DNA of 64,000 nucleotides from Gammaproteobacteria bacterium (GTDB lineage Bacteria > Pseudomonadota > Gammaproteobacteria > UBA4575), in contig CBDCTA010000029.1 of the NCBI GenBank assembly GCA_965221955.1, positions 192,001 to 256,000 on the forward strand. The letters are read 5' to 3'. Positions 28,244-38,533 of this stretch are shown piece after piece; position 1 is the first letter of the stretch; every line of letters begins with the position of its first letter. The position numbers and the translations under genes are program-made. The notes beneath the pieces are model-generated. The model saw only the letters and a program-made list of their open reading frames with translations, was not told the DNA's origin and made no database searches.

Positions 28244-28561
28244 TTAGCGATACTTTTTCTCACAAGCTCTACGAATGCGGATCACTGCATCCACACTTTC
28301 TACGCCCACCATGTGATCTAACAAACATTCATTATACCTACGTTCATCACTCATAATGGTGGTGGAAGGGCCTCTGCCATAGTTTTCCTCGCATGCTTCA
28401 GCAATGAATCGACTGGCGACATCCAGCTTGGCATGGTCCAGGTGTTCCAAAATGCAATCTTCATACTCATAACGATTTTTAGAAGCTGCAGAGGTCACAT
28501 TCAGACTGAAAGCAGTTATAAGTACTATGGTTAATAACTCATGCTTGGGCGGTCTCATCAA
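28244..28561 (-). CDS. Small secreted four-cysteine protein with internal duplication (VF_A0006-like)
   Basis: Signal peptide; YEDCILEHL...ACEENY and YNECLLDHM...ACEKKY. Confidence 0.75.
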   Translation of the reverse strand: MMRPPKHELLTIVLITAFSLNVTSAASKNRYEYEDCILEHLDHAKLDVASRFIAEACEENYGRGPSTTIMSDERRYNECLLDHMVGVESVDAVIRIRRACEKKYR

Positions 28562-28623
28562 TATTTGAGTACCAGATAATCACTTAGTTCCTTCGTCAGG
28601 GTGAGAATTTTAGAAAATATGAG

Positions 28624-29178
28624 TTATAAATCGCGAATTTTCAGGCGAATGTATTCCTGCAAAATATGATAACTATCACGTGCTTCATCAGCAGTGATGT
28701 GATTAGCAACAAGCGTCCAAGAAACACTCTCTGCGTCAGGTAGATTTTTATTCAGTGAGGCTAGAATACTTTTACTGCTATCAATGCGTATGGCATCACG
28801 GTGTAAATCGTTTTGATAACGGTGTTTGACGATGCTTTTAGGAAAACGGCTTTCGCTAATATAAAAAATCAATGCATAAGCATTAGCATCAGTACTATTA
28901 AACTCAAATTCATAAGTTTTATGATATGGAGTTCGGCTCGTGTACTGTTTTACTTTATCAAGTTTAGATTTTGAAATTTTATTTTCTATTTGTGTAAAAG
29001 CAGCTTGTTGCTGGTAATGAGCCCAATAACTGCAATTTGTGCATATCAACGAGATAAGTATTAGGAAAAAGTATTTTTGAAATAACGTATTCGTCATATC
29101 ATCAATGCCTAAATGAGAGAGGAGATTGCTAGATGATAAAACCTTCCTGGTTAAGGTTAAAATAGCCTCTACACTCAA
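28624..29178 (-). CDS. Hypothetical exported protein or lipoprotein
   Basis: Hydrophobic segment ending ICTNC; start probably at MTNTLF. Confidence 0.55.
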   Translation of the reverse strand: MSVEAILTLTRKVLSSSNLLSHLGIDDMTNTLFQKYFFLILISLICTNCSYWAHYQQQAAFTQIENKISKSKLDKVKQYTSRTPYHKTYEFEFNSTDANAYALIFYISESRFPKSIVKHRYQNDLHRDAIRIDSSKSILASLNKNLPDAESVSWTLVANHITADEARDSYHILQEYIRLKIRDL

Positions 29179-29293
29179 TTAATCAATCTATCTTAGTGTA
29201 GGCCAAGCTTTCAAACAGCCTATAGAACGGTGAGTAGGAGGAAGATATTTACCGATATACGGCTAAGAAATATTTGAGTGTATGTGTAAATAA

Positions 29294-30160
29294 TTATTCA
29301 TCAGTTTCAGTGCTGTGAGCGTATTCTCGTAAAAAATCTGGTAGTGGTTTTTTATTACCAGAATTTTCTTGCTCGTATTCGAGCAATGAATTTATACGAC
29401 CTTCAGTTGATGGGTGGGTACTCAAAAAACTAGGTATTTCCGTATTTTCTTCTTCGGCTATTTTTATATATTGAAAAAACTCAGCAGCACCAGAAGCATG
29501 TCCGTAATATTTTATTAATAAATCTACCGCAAACGCATCCGCATCCGATTCTTGTTGACGACTAAATGCCAGGTTCGTGAGCGAGGCAGTACTGCCAATA
29601 AAATTTTGTAAAAAACTTGAGCCATCCGCGCCTAATAATGCAAGCAAAAATACTGACACGACTAAACCTCTACCCGTACTGCGTAAAGGATGACGTTCAT
29701 AGTGATGAGCCATTTCATGTGCTAGGATCATGCTTAGACCGTTTTCTGATTCTACGGAACTAAATAAGCCACGCGTTACAACGATATGTCCTCCGGGTGC
29801 AGCAAAGGCGTTAGCCAGTAACTCATTTGCAATTTCAACCTTAAAACGATGTCCAGCAAAATCTTCGCCTGCCTTAGCATGTAATTCGTTCACTAATGCT
29901 TGTAGGTATTCTTTACTTTGTGTGGCTGCTTCGCTTTCATCGATTGCAAATGGCATGATGTAAAGACTGTCTTTGCTAAATAGCTCTTGCTCATATTCAA
30001 CCGGGATATACTTAACTAAATTGTCAGCAGCTAAGCCTAAAACGATAACAATGGCAATGATTACGCCTAGCGTTCCAGCAGTGAGAATGAAAAAAGATTT
30101 TAGTGGATGTTCATCAGTGACGTTGATGCCTTCTGGAGGCTGAACGGGAGTATATTTCAC
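29294..30160 (-). CDS. M48 family zinc metallopeptidase
   Basis: NAFAAPGG, HEMAH, SRQQESDAD, LSTHP...R. Confidence 0.92.
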   Translation of the reverse strand: MKYTPVQPPEGINVTDEHPLKSFFILTAGTLGVIIAIVIVLGLAADNLVKYIPVEYEQELFSKDSLYIMPFAIDESEAATQSKEYLQALVNELHAKAGEDFAGHRFKVEIANELLANAFAAPGGHIVVTRGLFSSVESENGLSMILAHEMAHHYERHPLRSTGRGLVVSVFLLALLGADGSSFLQNFIGSTASLTNLAFSRQQESDADAFAVDLLIKYYGHASGAAEFFQYIKIAEEENTEIPSFLSTHPSTEGRINSLLEYEQENSGNKKPLPDFLREYAHSTETDE

Positions 30161-30173
30161 TTATGCTTCAAGT

Positions 30174-30638
30174 TTATTGAATCTTATTCCCAATAGAAAT
30201 TGCGGTTCCATATGCAAGCACTTCAACGGCGCCAACGCTATTACGTTTTTTGCTATTTTTGCTTATCGAAGCAGTTTCAACACGGGTATTAATGACTACA
30301 AAAGCATTTTTCGAATTAGCTTGTTCTTTCATGCGTAATAACGCTTCTCTGCGTGCACGATCTAACAAAGATTCATACTGAGTTACTTTTCCACCAAATA
30401 ACATCTTTAATGAGGCAACAAATTTTTTAAAGAAATCTATCGAAATTACAGCATTACCTGCTACTAATTCAGATTGTAGTTCATGCTTGTTAATAGCGGG
30501 AGGTGTTCTCATAGTTATAACAGGTAGTTTTAATGAAGCCTTTTCTCGTTCAATAATTGATTTGAAATGTTTTTTCTCAGCACGTTGCCCAAAAAAATAG
30601 CCGAGCATCAGTAAAATTATAAGAACAATAATTTCCAT
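30174..30638 (-). CDS. YbjQ/UPF0145 family protein with N-terminal TM
   Basis: GG....YESLLDRARREA..RM, AYGTA. Confidence 0.88.
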   Translation of the reverse strand: MEIIVLIILLMLGYFFGQRAEKKHFKSIIEREKASLKLPVITMRTPPAINKHELQSELVAGNAVISIDFFKKFVASLKMLFGGKVTQYESLLDRARREALLRMKEQANSKNAFVVINTRVETASISKNSKKRNSVGAVEVLAYGTAISIGNKIQ

Positions 30639-30663
30639 TGTTTACTCCTCTATTGCTCGATAT

Positions 30664-31008
30664 TTATAATCCAATTTTTACTGCTGTACCATAAGCATAA
30701 AGTTCTGCTGCACCTTGTGCGACGGAAGAAGTGCTATAGCGAACATTAACAATTGCATTGGCACCCATAGATTGCGCCTGCTGTATCATTCGTTCAGTCG
30801 CTTCTTTTCTAGATTCAGCTAATAACTCGGTATAAGCACCGAGCTCTCCACCAAAGATATTTTTTAAACCGGCTAGAAAATCTTTACCAACATGTTTGGC
30901 GCGAATTGTATTGCCTTGAACTAAACCAAAATGTTGAACAATTTTTTTTCCAGGAACTTGTTCGAGATTCGTTAATAGCATGGATTTCCCCTTCGTAATG
31001 AATATCAA
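30664..31008 (-). CDS. YbjQ/UPF0145 family protein
   Basis: G.D.LAGLKNIFGGEL.AY..LL.ESR.EA, GANAIV.VR, AYGTAV. Confidence 0.92.
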   Translation of the reverse strand: MIFITKGKSMLLTNLEQVPGKKIVQHFGLVQGNTIRAKHVGKDFLAGLKNIFGGELGAYTELLAESRKEATERMIQQAQSMGANAIVNVRYSTSSVAQGAAELYAYGTAVKIGL

Positions 31009-31165
31009 AGTAGTGATGAATGTACTAATTTATTCAATAATAACAACTACTTCTGCTATGTGGTCTACCTTCGATCTATATATGAGAACCGGCAATCCTG
31101 TCATCAGTGGTTAGAATCGAGATTAATTTGCTAGCATAACTCCTTATATATTAGGAGAATCGCGA

Positions 31166-31408
31166 ATGAAGCAATGGTTTTTGATACTGTTTTTAGGGTT
31201 GTTGGTTGGCTACTTACAAGCTGCAGATCTTAGTGTAGAACAAGTTGAGCAGCAGATTCAGTTAAGCCATATGCTTGGCGAGATTAATCAAAAAGAACAA
31301 AACTTTCGAATTCAGAAAGTAAGAACTTTAGGTGTGGATGGTTATTACGAGTGGTTGAAAAACGATATACGCTCACAAGATAAAACAGTTGCTAACGATT
31401 CAAAATAG
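31166..31408 (+). CDS. Small exported hypothetical protein
   Basis: AGGAG SD; signal peptide. Confidence 0.6.
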   Translation: MKQWFLILFLGLLVGYLQAADLSVEQVEQQIQLSHMLGEINQKEQNFRIQKVRTLGVDGYYEWLKNDIRSQDKTVANDSK

Positions 31409-31801
31409 CTCAAGCTATAATTTCATTTCACAATACTCATCTGCAAAAATCTTTTAACTGCTGGCTAGACTAACGTGCCAGCACCTCATTCTATATCTTA
31501 CGCCTGATGCGTATTTCAGCGGTCTATTTGTAGAAAGTTTTTAGTTAATTATAGAAAAACGATCATAGATGTAAGAGACAAGCATACTAGGATACTTAGA
31601 GTACGGATGATGAAAGGTATGCAATAGTGGATGCGATCTGCATGTGGGTTAAGGCTGATCATATGTGAGATCCTTATTATAAGTGAATAGTACTCAAATA
31701 TGCTCATGATATATGCCAGAACGATAAACTAGATACGAGTATTGGCTTAAGTGTGCAAGAAAATTGACTAACGTAACATTTATTAAAACATTCCTATCAT
31801 A

Positions 31802-32770
31802 ATGATTAAAAATATTATGCTAATCCTGATTTGGGTAATGAATGTTTTAATGCTGCGGCATTTTTTTGACATTTCAGACAAGCTTGCCTTATTTATTTTT
31901 TTAGCAGGTTTTATGTTGTGGGCAAAATACAGAAAGCAAAAATTTATTAATACAACTCCATATTTGATGTTTGTCGTGATGTTGGTTTGGTTATTCACTA
32001 TACAGCCTAGTAACAACAGAGATTGGTTAGATGAAGTTGCTGAATTACCTCGAATTAATATTGACAACAATATGGTCACTATTGAGAATTTTCGTGACTT
32101 TACTTGGCAAAGTATCGATAACAGTGATCAAAATTGGGTAACTCGTGATTATGATTTGAATAAACTCCAAGGTCTGTCTCTTATTGTAGTGCCTTTCCAT
32201 GACTCTAAGTATATGGCACATACTATGCTTGTATTTGAATTTGAAAACATGAATAACATTATTGTTTCAGTTGAAACACGTAAAGAAAAAAACGAAAACT
32301 ATAGTTTAGTAGCAGGAGCTCTACGACAGCTAGAGCTAATTTACGTTTTCGGAAGCGAACAAGATTTACTTACCTTACGTGCAGTACATAGAGGTTCAAA
32401 GCTTCATTTTTATCCCATTAAAGCAGAGCCTGAATTCATCATCAGTTTATTTAAAGATCTAGCTCAGTCAGCAAATATTTTGCATACAAGTCCTCAGTTC
32501 TATCGCACATTGCGTGATAATTGTACAACTACTTTGGTTAGGCATATCGACCATCATTATCAAAATAAAATTGGTTGGCGTATGCAGACGGTATTTCCGG
32601 CTAAAGCCGGAGAGTTGTTATATGAGCTTAACCGTATGGATACGCATTTATCTTATCAGCAAGCCTATCAAGCGTCTCAAATAGGGCATCTAATAAAGCA
32701 ATTTGAGGAAGAAAAGAAATTTTCGGCTTTGTTGCATGCTGAAGTGGATCGGGCATATGAAAAGAAATAA
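31802..32770 (+). CDS. DUF4105 (Lnb-like) domain membrane protein
   Basis: PSNNRDW, AHTML.F, SVETRKE, YRTLRDNCTT. Confidence 0.85.
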   Translation: MIKNIMLILIWVMNVLMLRHFFDISDKLALFIFLAGFMLWAKYRKQKFINTTPYLMFVVMLVWLFTIQPSNNRDWLDEVAELPRINIDNNMVTIENFRDFTWQSIDNSDQNWVTRDYDLNKLQGLSLIVVPFHDSKYMAHTMLVFEFENMNNIIVSVETRKEKNENYSLVAGALRQLELIYVFGSEQDLLTLRAVHRGSKLHFYPIKAEPEFIISLFKDLAQSANILHTSPQFYRTLRDNCTTTLVRHIDHHYQNKIGWRMQTVFPAKAGELLYELNRMDTHLSYQQAYQASQIGHLIKQFEEEKKFSALLHAEVDRAYEKK

Positions 32771-32851
32771 CTACCGTATTACTTCTTGATAATATAGCTT
32801 CGATGGACGGCTCTTATATAATATGTAAAAAATTCAGAACAATAAAATACC

Positions 32852-34021
32852 ATGAAAAAAATAGTTATTGCTCCCGATTCATTTAAAGGCAACCTTACCT
32901 CTCTAGAAGTAGCAACCTGCTTGGAAAAAGGTATTAAACGAGTATTGCCAAAAGCAAAATGTATCAAAGTACCGATGGCAGATGGTGGGGAAGGTACCGT
33001 GCAGTCATTAGTTGATGCTGCAAAAGGTAAATTGGTTTCGAAACGTGTCAAAGGTCCAGCAGGAAAATTAGTGACAGCAAAATATGGCTGGTTAGCAAAG
33101 CAAAAAACTGCCGTAATTGAGATGGCAGAAGCCTCAGGCTTACCGTTGGTAAATGGGCGCGAAAAAAATCCTCTCAAAACCACAACATATGGTACTGGGC
33201 AATTAATTTTAGATGCCATTGATAAAGGTGCAAAAAAAATCATAATCGGTATTGGTGGCTCGGCAACCAATGATGGCGGTAGTGGAATGGCCCAAGCATT
33301 AGGAGTTAAGTTTTTAAATTCCAATGGTAGAGAAATTAAAGAGCTTGGATGTGGAGGTATGTTGGCAAAAATTGCGAAAATTGATATGCAAAGCCTAGAT
33401 CCACGTATCGCAAAAACAAAAATAGTCGTTGCATGTGACGTGGAAAATCCACTTTGTGGGAAAAAAGGTGCATCGCATGTTTTTGGTCCGCAAAAAGGTG
33501 CAACACCAAAAATGGTTAAGCAGTTAGATGAAAACTTGAGTCAATTCGGAAAATTATTAAAGCGTGATGTAAAAAAAGATGTAGCACGGAAACCAGGTGC
33601 AGGTGCTGCAGGGGGCTTAGGTGCTGGCTTATTGGCTTTTACCAATGCGAAGCTTGAAAGAGGGATTGATATTGTTTTAGATGCAACTAATCTTGCTAAG
33701 TATATTAAGGGTTCTGATTTAGTTATTACTGGCGAAGGCCGTGTCGATTTCCAAACTGCTTTTGGTAAAACACCGTCTGGTGTAGCGAAGGCTGCTAATA
33801 AATGTAAGGTACCAGTGATCGCAATAGGGGGCGCATTGTCTGATGATGCACGACAAGTATTTGCTCATGGTATTGATGCGATCGAGAGCGCAGCTGCAAA
33901 AGATATGAGTTTAGAAGAAGCTATAAAGAATTCTAAGCAAGATCTTGCCAATGCTGCTGAACGTGTAATTCGTATGATTCTTATTGGCAAAAAGATGGCA
34001 GCAAAAACAAGCCGCAGATAA
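32852..34021 (+). CDS. glxK: Glycerate kinase (GlxK/GarK class)
   Basis: IAPDSFKG, PMADGGEGT, GGSATNDGG, GAAGG, ITGEG. Confidence 0.95.
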   Translation: MKKIVIAPDSFKGNLTSLEVATCLEKGIKRVLPKAKCIKVPMADGGEGTVQSLVDAAKGKLVSKRVKGPAGKLVTAKYGWLAKQKTAVIEMAEASGLPLVNGREKNPLKTTTYGTGQLILDAIDKGAKKIIIGIGGSATNDGGSGMAQALGVKFLNSNGREIKELGCGGMLAKIAKIDMQSLDPRIAKTKIVVACDVENPLCGKKGASHVFGPQKGATPKMVKQLDENLSQFGKLLKRDVKKDVARKPGAGAAGGLGAGLLAFTNAKLERGIDIVLDATNLAKYIKGSDLVITGEGRVDFQTAFGKTPSGVAKAANKCKVPVIAIGGALSDDARQVFAHGIDAIESAAAKDMSLEEAIKNSKQDLANAAERVIRMILIGKKMAAKTSRR

Positions 34022-34057
34022 CTTCTAGTTTAGTTCTGGCTAATTTCTGAGAGTTTC

Positions 34058-34453
34058 TTATTCTGTAAAGCTTAATTTAAGCGCTTCAAACGTATTTTTT
34101 GGCAGTCCACGGTTCTTTATAAACTCATCTTTAAAGTCGTTTTTTGCCTGTTCTAAATGCTGACTGCATTTGGCCGATGGTTTCTGATTGTGAAGATCTT
34201 CACAGCCCACTAGCGGTGTGTATTGCTTAAGAAAAGCGATCTCAAAATCGTCAGATAGCTTTTGTTTTAGAGCAGCGTGATCTTGTTGCGCTGATATTTT
34301 GTCTACAACACTACTCTCAGAGGTAAGTGTGTGAATTTCAGCTGAATGATCACGTTGTGAGGATAAATAAAAACCAAATGTGAAAACTGCAATAATGATG
34401 ACCCAAAGAAAAGGTGTTTTTGCAGTCGTATGATTCATGCTTAGATGATGCAA
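34058..34453 (-). CDS. Hypothetical membrane-anchored protein
   Basis: N-terminal TM; two Cys. Confidence 0.6.
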   Translation of the reverse strand: MHHLSMNHTTAKTPFLWVIIIAVFTFGFYLSSQRDHSAEIHTLTSESSVVDKISAQQDHAALKQKLSDDFEIAFLKQYTPLVGCEDLHNQKPSAKCSQHLEQAKNDFKDEFIKNRGLPKNTFEALKLSFTE

Positions 34454-34570
34454 TATAAAACCATATTGAGATCATAACACCCGATAAATGGACACGCTAA
34501 ACCTCGGGGCTGTAAACCTGAGCCGAATTAAATAGTTTTGGTAATTATATAATTGTCGAACAAGTAGACC

Positions 34571-34741
34571 TTAGTCTTTAACTTCTCTGTCCGTCATTGC
34601 CATCCAAGTCTTGAATCTAGCACGTTCAATGAATTCTATGTCTGGACAGCTATTACCACGTCGATCGGACTTATTCCTGCGGTCTTCACCTTTAAACTGG
34701 CGCCGATCACTGCCGGAGCGTCTCTCTTGAAAATGGGCCAT
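34571..34741 (-). CDS. 56-aa (E/D)RR-repeat small protein (not in the ORF track)
   Basis: GAGGAG SD; MAHFQERRSGSDRRQFKGEDRRNKSDRRGNSCPDIEFIERARFKTWMAMTDREVKD*. Confidence 0.75.
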   Translation of the reverse strand: MAHFQERRSGSDRRQFKGEDRRNKSDRRGNSCPDIEFIERARFKTWMAMTDREVKD

Positions 34742-34902
34742 GCTCTCTCCTCTAGTTGAGCAGGCTTAGGGTTCACTATATGTATAGTGAGGTAAAGGAG
34801 AGGTAAAATAAGTGGTCGAAAAAAGCAGACGAATGGGTATTTCGTCAAAATATTTACATATTAAAACATAGCATTAAAAGCTGCAGAAATGGTTACTCTA
34901 AA

Positions 34903-35103
34903 ATGAATAAAACTATCATTTATATTGGTATTTTAATTATCGCTGTAGGTTTGTTGTGGCCTTGGATAATAAAATTACCGCTAGGAAGGTTGCCTGGTGA
35001 TGTTGTTATTAAGAAAGAAGGATTTCAGTTTTACTTCCCAGTCACTACCATGATTATTATTAGTATCATAATTTCGATACTAATTTGGTTGTTCAAAAAA
35101 TAG
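34903..35103 (+). CDS. DUF2905 family small membrane protein
   Basis: GRLPGD......FYFP.TT. Confidence 0.88.
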   Translation: MNKTIIYIGILIIAVGLLWPWIIKLPLGRLPGDVVIKKEGFQFYFPVTTMIIISIIISILIWLFKK

Positions 35104-35110
35104 ATACGTT

Positions 35111-37579
35111 TTAATTAATTGCTCGCAAAGGTTGTTTAAAATTTTTCTGGCTAAGAAAAATAGCTTCTATAGGCACTGGCTCACCTATCACATAACCTTG
35201 AATGTAATCAACTCCAATCTCTTTAACTGTAGCTAAAATTTCTTCGTTTTCGACATATTCAGCAATAGTTTTTATATTCATTAGTTTCGAGATTGTATTT
35301 AATGATTTAACCATTTCATAATCAATTTTATTTGAATCAATATCTCGAATAAATATTCCATCTATCTTTACATAGTCAACAGGTAGATGCTTAAGGTTTT
35401 CAAAAGAAGAAAATCCTGTTCCAAAGTCATCTAAAGCAAATCTACACCCTAGTTTTTGTAACTCAGTAATAAAATTATTTGCTTCTGTTAAGTTAGAGAC
35501 TGCTATAGTTTCAGTTATTTCAAAACATATTAATTCAGTTGGTATATTGTATTTGTTAAATATTTTAGTTACATAATTTAAAAATGTAGGATCACATAGG
35601 GATGCTCCAGAAATGTTAATTGAGAGTGTATCTAAATTATTATAAATAGAGTTATTTTCAGAGATGGTTTTGATACAGGCCTTGAAAACCCATTTATCTA
35701 TTTTGCTTATTAAATTATATCTTTCTGCTGTTGGTAAGAACCAGTTTGGAGTAATAATAGAGTTGTTATCATTAAGCATACGAATAAGAACTTCATAATG
35801 CTTATGTGTGTTATCTAAATTGTTTGTAGGGCATATGGGCTGTAAGAATAGTTTGAACTGACCATTTTCTAACGCATTGTTTATAGTGTTACAGGATTCA
35901 GCATCGTTTCGATTTAAATCAACTGCAGTATCATCAACACTATATACGCATATTTGATTTGTATTGGAAATTTTAACTGCCCGACAGGCATTATCAGCTG
36001 TTTGAAGAATTTTATCAGAGCTTTTTGTTTCAGCATTAATCGATACAATACCAATACTTGCGCCTACTCTAAAAACTCTATCATTCCAATTAAAAGAGTA
36101 TTTATCTATTGTTTTTTGTATATTTTTAGCAATATCTTTTGCTTTTTCTAGGGTAATATTCTCAAGTAATATTGCAAATTCATCACCACCTAGTCTCGCA
36201 ATAAAATCATTCTTACGAATATTTTGTTGCATTAGACTACCAATTTGTTTGAGTAGACTATCTCCTGCACTGTGTCCACAAGTGTCATTAATTAACTTGA
36301 AGCGGTCTAGGTCTATATAACATAAAGCGTGAGAAGTACGATTATCCCCACACGTCAATACTAATTTATCTAGATATATCTCAAATGCTCGTCTATTTGC
36401 TAAACCTGTTAAGGAGTCATGACTAGCATGATAAGAAAGTTTGTTTTCTGCCCATGATCTTTTAATTGCAGCCCCAATAATTGCAGCTGTAGTTTTTAGT
36501 ATATTAACTTCATCAACTTTCCAGGATTTTCCTGGTATACATTCGTCAAAGCATATAAACCCCCACCAGTTGTTACCTACAAATATTGGTACAGCAAATA
36601 ATGACTCAATGTCGATTGATTTTAAAAAGTGGCGTTCATTTTCTGGGAATGTATTTATATCACCAAGAATTGATCTTCTTGCTGACAATTCATTTTTCCA
36701 GCGCGTTAAACCTAATTGGCTATACGAGATTGTAATATTATGAAACTTATATTCTGGTGCATCTTTTCCAGACCAATGAAATCTACATTTCGTATAAGTT
36801 TCACTGTCAGTTTCTTCTAATGAATTCTCGAAAATCTGAATTCTGCTTATTGAAATATTATTTCCTAATTTCTCTAAGAATTCAGGAATTGCTTGTTCCC
36901 AAGTCTCTTCTAATAAACATTCAGACGCATCTGCTACAGCATTTAAAATATTTTTCTGCTTGTTAAGTTCTTCGTTTCTATCGACTTCTTCATTTATATT
37001 TTTAAGGTTTGCATCAATAATTTTATGTAATTTAAATGAACTAGAAAGCATATAAAAATACATGACGGTTATACCTGCAGCCATATATATATAAATTTCT
37101 AATTGCGGGGGAGTTATTAATAAGTAAACTAATATTGGTGCAACGACTGAAGTGGAAAATGATATAAAGGCCTTTTTTGTAAAAGAGTAAGAACTTATTG
37201 CACCTGCAATAATTGCACAGCACCACATTATTGTGATACCTAAATATAAGATATCTTCTTTAGATGGAATAAGTATAGATGCGCTCCATAATAATCCTGA
37301 AGCACATAGGCCAATATATAATAGACTTTTCCAAGTTGAAGAATTTAGAGCACGAGATGGTTCAGACTTATAGTAATAGTAATGAGTAAATCTCAAGCAG
37401 GCTAATACTAGAACACAAGCAAGCCAATTAATTACATTTTTAGTGTTAGAGGTATTCCATAAGACTAAACCTAAAACAAGGCTTGTAACGGCTGTGGCTA
37501 TAATTCCAAATGCATAATGTTCTGCTAACAATTGTAATTTAGCTTGTTGAATTCTTATTTTATATTTGTCGTAGGACAT
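35111..37579 (-). CDS. Membrane sensor-GAF-GGDEF-EAL protein
   Basis: N-terminal TMs; GAF (VPIFV..WWGFI.FD); RKND-x5-GGDEF; EVLIR, DDFGTG. Confidence 0.93.
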   Translation of the reverse strand: MSYDKYKIRIQQAKLQLLAEHYAFGIIATAVTSLVLGLVLWNTSNTKNVINWLACVLVLACLRFTHYYYYKSEPSRALNSSTWKSLLYIGLCASGLLWSASILIPSKEDILYLGITIMWCCAIIAGAISSYSFTKKAFISFSTSVVAPILVYLLITPPQLEIYIYMAAGITVMYFYMLSSSFKLHKIIDANLKNINEEVDRNEELNKQKNILNAVADASECLLEETWEQAIPEFLEKLGNNISISRIQIFENSLEETDSETYTKCRFHWSGKDAPEYKFHNITISYSQLGLTRWKNELSARRSILGDINTFPENERHFLKSIDIESLFAVPIFVGNNWWGFICFDECIPGKSWKVDEVNILKTTAAIIGAAIKRSWAENKLSYHASHDSLTGLANRRAFEIYLDKLVLTCGDNRTSHALCYIDLDRFKLINDTCGHSAGDSLLKQIGSLMQQNIRKNDFIARLGGDEFAILLENITLEKAKDIAKNIQKTIDKYSFNWNDRVFRVGASIGIVSINAETKSSDKILQTADNACRAVKISNTNQICVYSVDDTAVDLNRNDAESCNTINNALENGQFKLFLQPICPTNNLDNTHKHYEVLIRMLNDNNSIITPNWFLPTAERYNLISKIDKWVFKACIKTISENNSIYNNLDTLSINISGASLCDPTFLNYVTKIFNKYNIPTELICFEITETIAVSNLTEANNFITELQKLGCRFALDDFGTGFSSFENLKHLPVDYVKIDGIFIRDIDSNKIDYEMVKSLNTISKLMNIKTIAEYVENEEILATVKEIGVDYIQGYVIGEPVPIEAIFLSQKNFKQPLRAIN

Positions 37580-37819
37580 GCATTTACCTACTTCCAGTAA
37601 TATGAAAGGTAAAATTATTTTGTTTTCAAGAGCTTAAGGTATAACTATCTGATATTGTCAAATATCAGATAAATGTTTAAATAAGACAGATGGAGTGTCT
37701 CTAATAAGTAAAGAACGTATCTATGAAGCTGTTATCAAGGTATATAAAATACGGGTAACTTTGATTATTGTGTTTTGCGATAGTTATTTTTTAGGCGATT
37801 AAATTGAGCGTAGATCAAA

Positions 37820-38425
37820 TTAAGCAGCTTGGTGTAGATTATAATCACGTAAACTTCCAAGTACTGCAGCTTTAATCTCTTGAGCCGAATAAATTTTTCT
37901 AGCTCTAATGCGAATGAGTGCGAAATTAGCGCTTTCACAGGCTGAATTTAAGAATTGGTCACGCGCTCTTCGATTTGTGAGTTGGTGGCTACGATCATCG
38001 AGTTCAATTGCAGCGATAATCTCGTAGCTCGTAGGGCTACAGAGTAAAAAATCAAAATGTTTACAGCTAATTTTACTAAAGGCACTCTGCCATTCACTTT
38101 TGCTGATGCCAGTTTGTGGTTTTAATACATCCGCTACTCTCACTTTCATTAAGATTAAATATTGATCACTTAAACCCATATGCAATGCTTGATAAAAAGC
38201 TTGTTCAGCTTTCGATAGTAAGGTTGGTTTTGTCTGATAGCGAGCTGTGGGAGCGCTGATTTCGGGTAATTTTGCACTGGGTTCTAAACGTAGCTTGTTT
38301 GCTTCGTTTTTACGCGCAGCTTTAGTTTCTAGTTTTTGGGCACGATGCTTTACAAGCCAGTTTATTAATAGCAAACCTAGAATAATGGGTACCCCTATGG
38401 CTAACCATTCCATACATAACTCCAA
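37820..38425 (-). CDS. DUF2726 domain protein
   Basis: LLS.AE..F, KVRVAD, KHFDF, IELDD.SH...RD. Confidence 0.88.
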   Translation of the reverse strand: MELCMEWLAIGVPIILGLLLINWLVKHRAQKLETKAARKNEANKLRLEPSAKLPEISAPTARYQTKPTLLSKAEQAFYQALHMGLSDQYLILMKVRVADVLKPQTGISKSEWQSAFSKISCKHFDFLLCSPTSYEIIAAIELDDRSHQLTNRRARDQFLNSACESANFALIRIRARKIYSAQEIKAAVLGSLRDYNLHQAA

Positions 38426-38533
38426 ATTTTCCTGGAAGTCGTATGATCAGTTAGTTAGGTAATAGAATAAATAGTGAACAGATATTCGTTCGAACAAAAT
38501 CGCTAAATGGTAAAAGCAATTTTTGCGTTTGGG

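Noticed and set aside
31409-31801. ~390-nt intergenic gap as ncRNA or pseudogene
   Set aside because: Only a short hairpin (TGCTGGC...GCCAGCA); no recognisable RNA family or ORF remnant
32779-33324. 181-aa antisense ORF, and similar ones within pepN, gltB, pilY1 and the Mo enzyme
   Set aside because: Overlap well-supported genes and have no motifs
34470-34530. Weak resemblance to a c-di-GMP-I riboswitch (GGACACGCTAAACCTCGGGGC)
   Set aside because: Lacks GGCAAAC and the GAAA tetraloop, and is antisense to the adjacent genes; an Infernal scan would settle it
34580-34790. Possible 6S RNA (CTTGAA...TTCAA hairpin resembles the ssrS 3' part)
   Set aside because: No long closing stem or zapA/ygfA context; better explained by the 56-aa ORF with a strong SD
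34636-34848. 70-aa minus-strand ORF
   Set aside because: Alternative frame overlapping the better-supported 56-aa ORF; no clear SD
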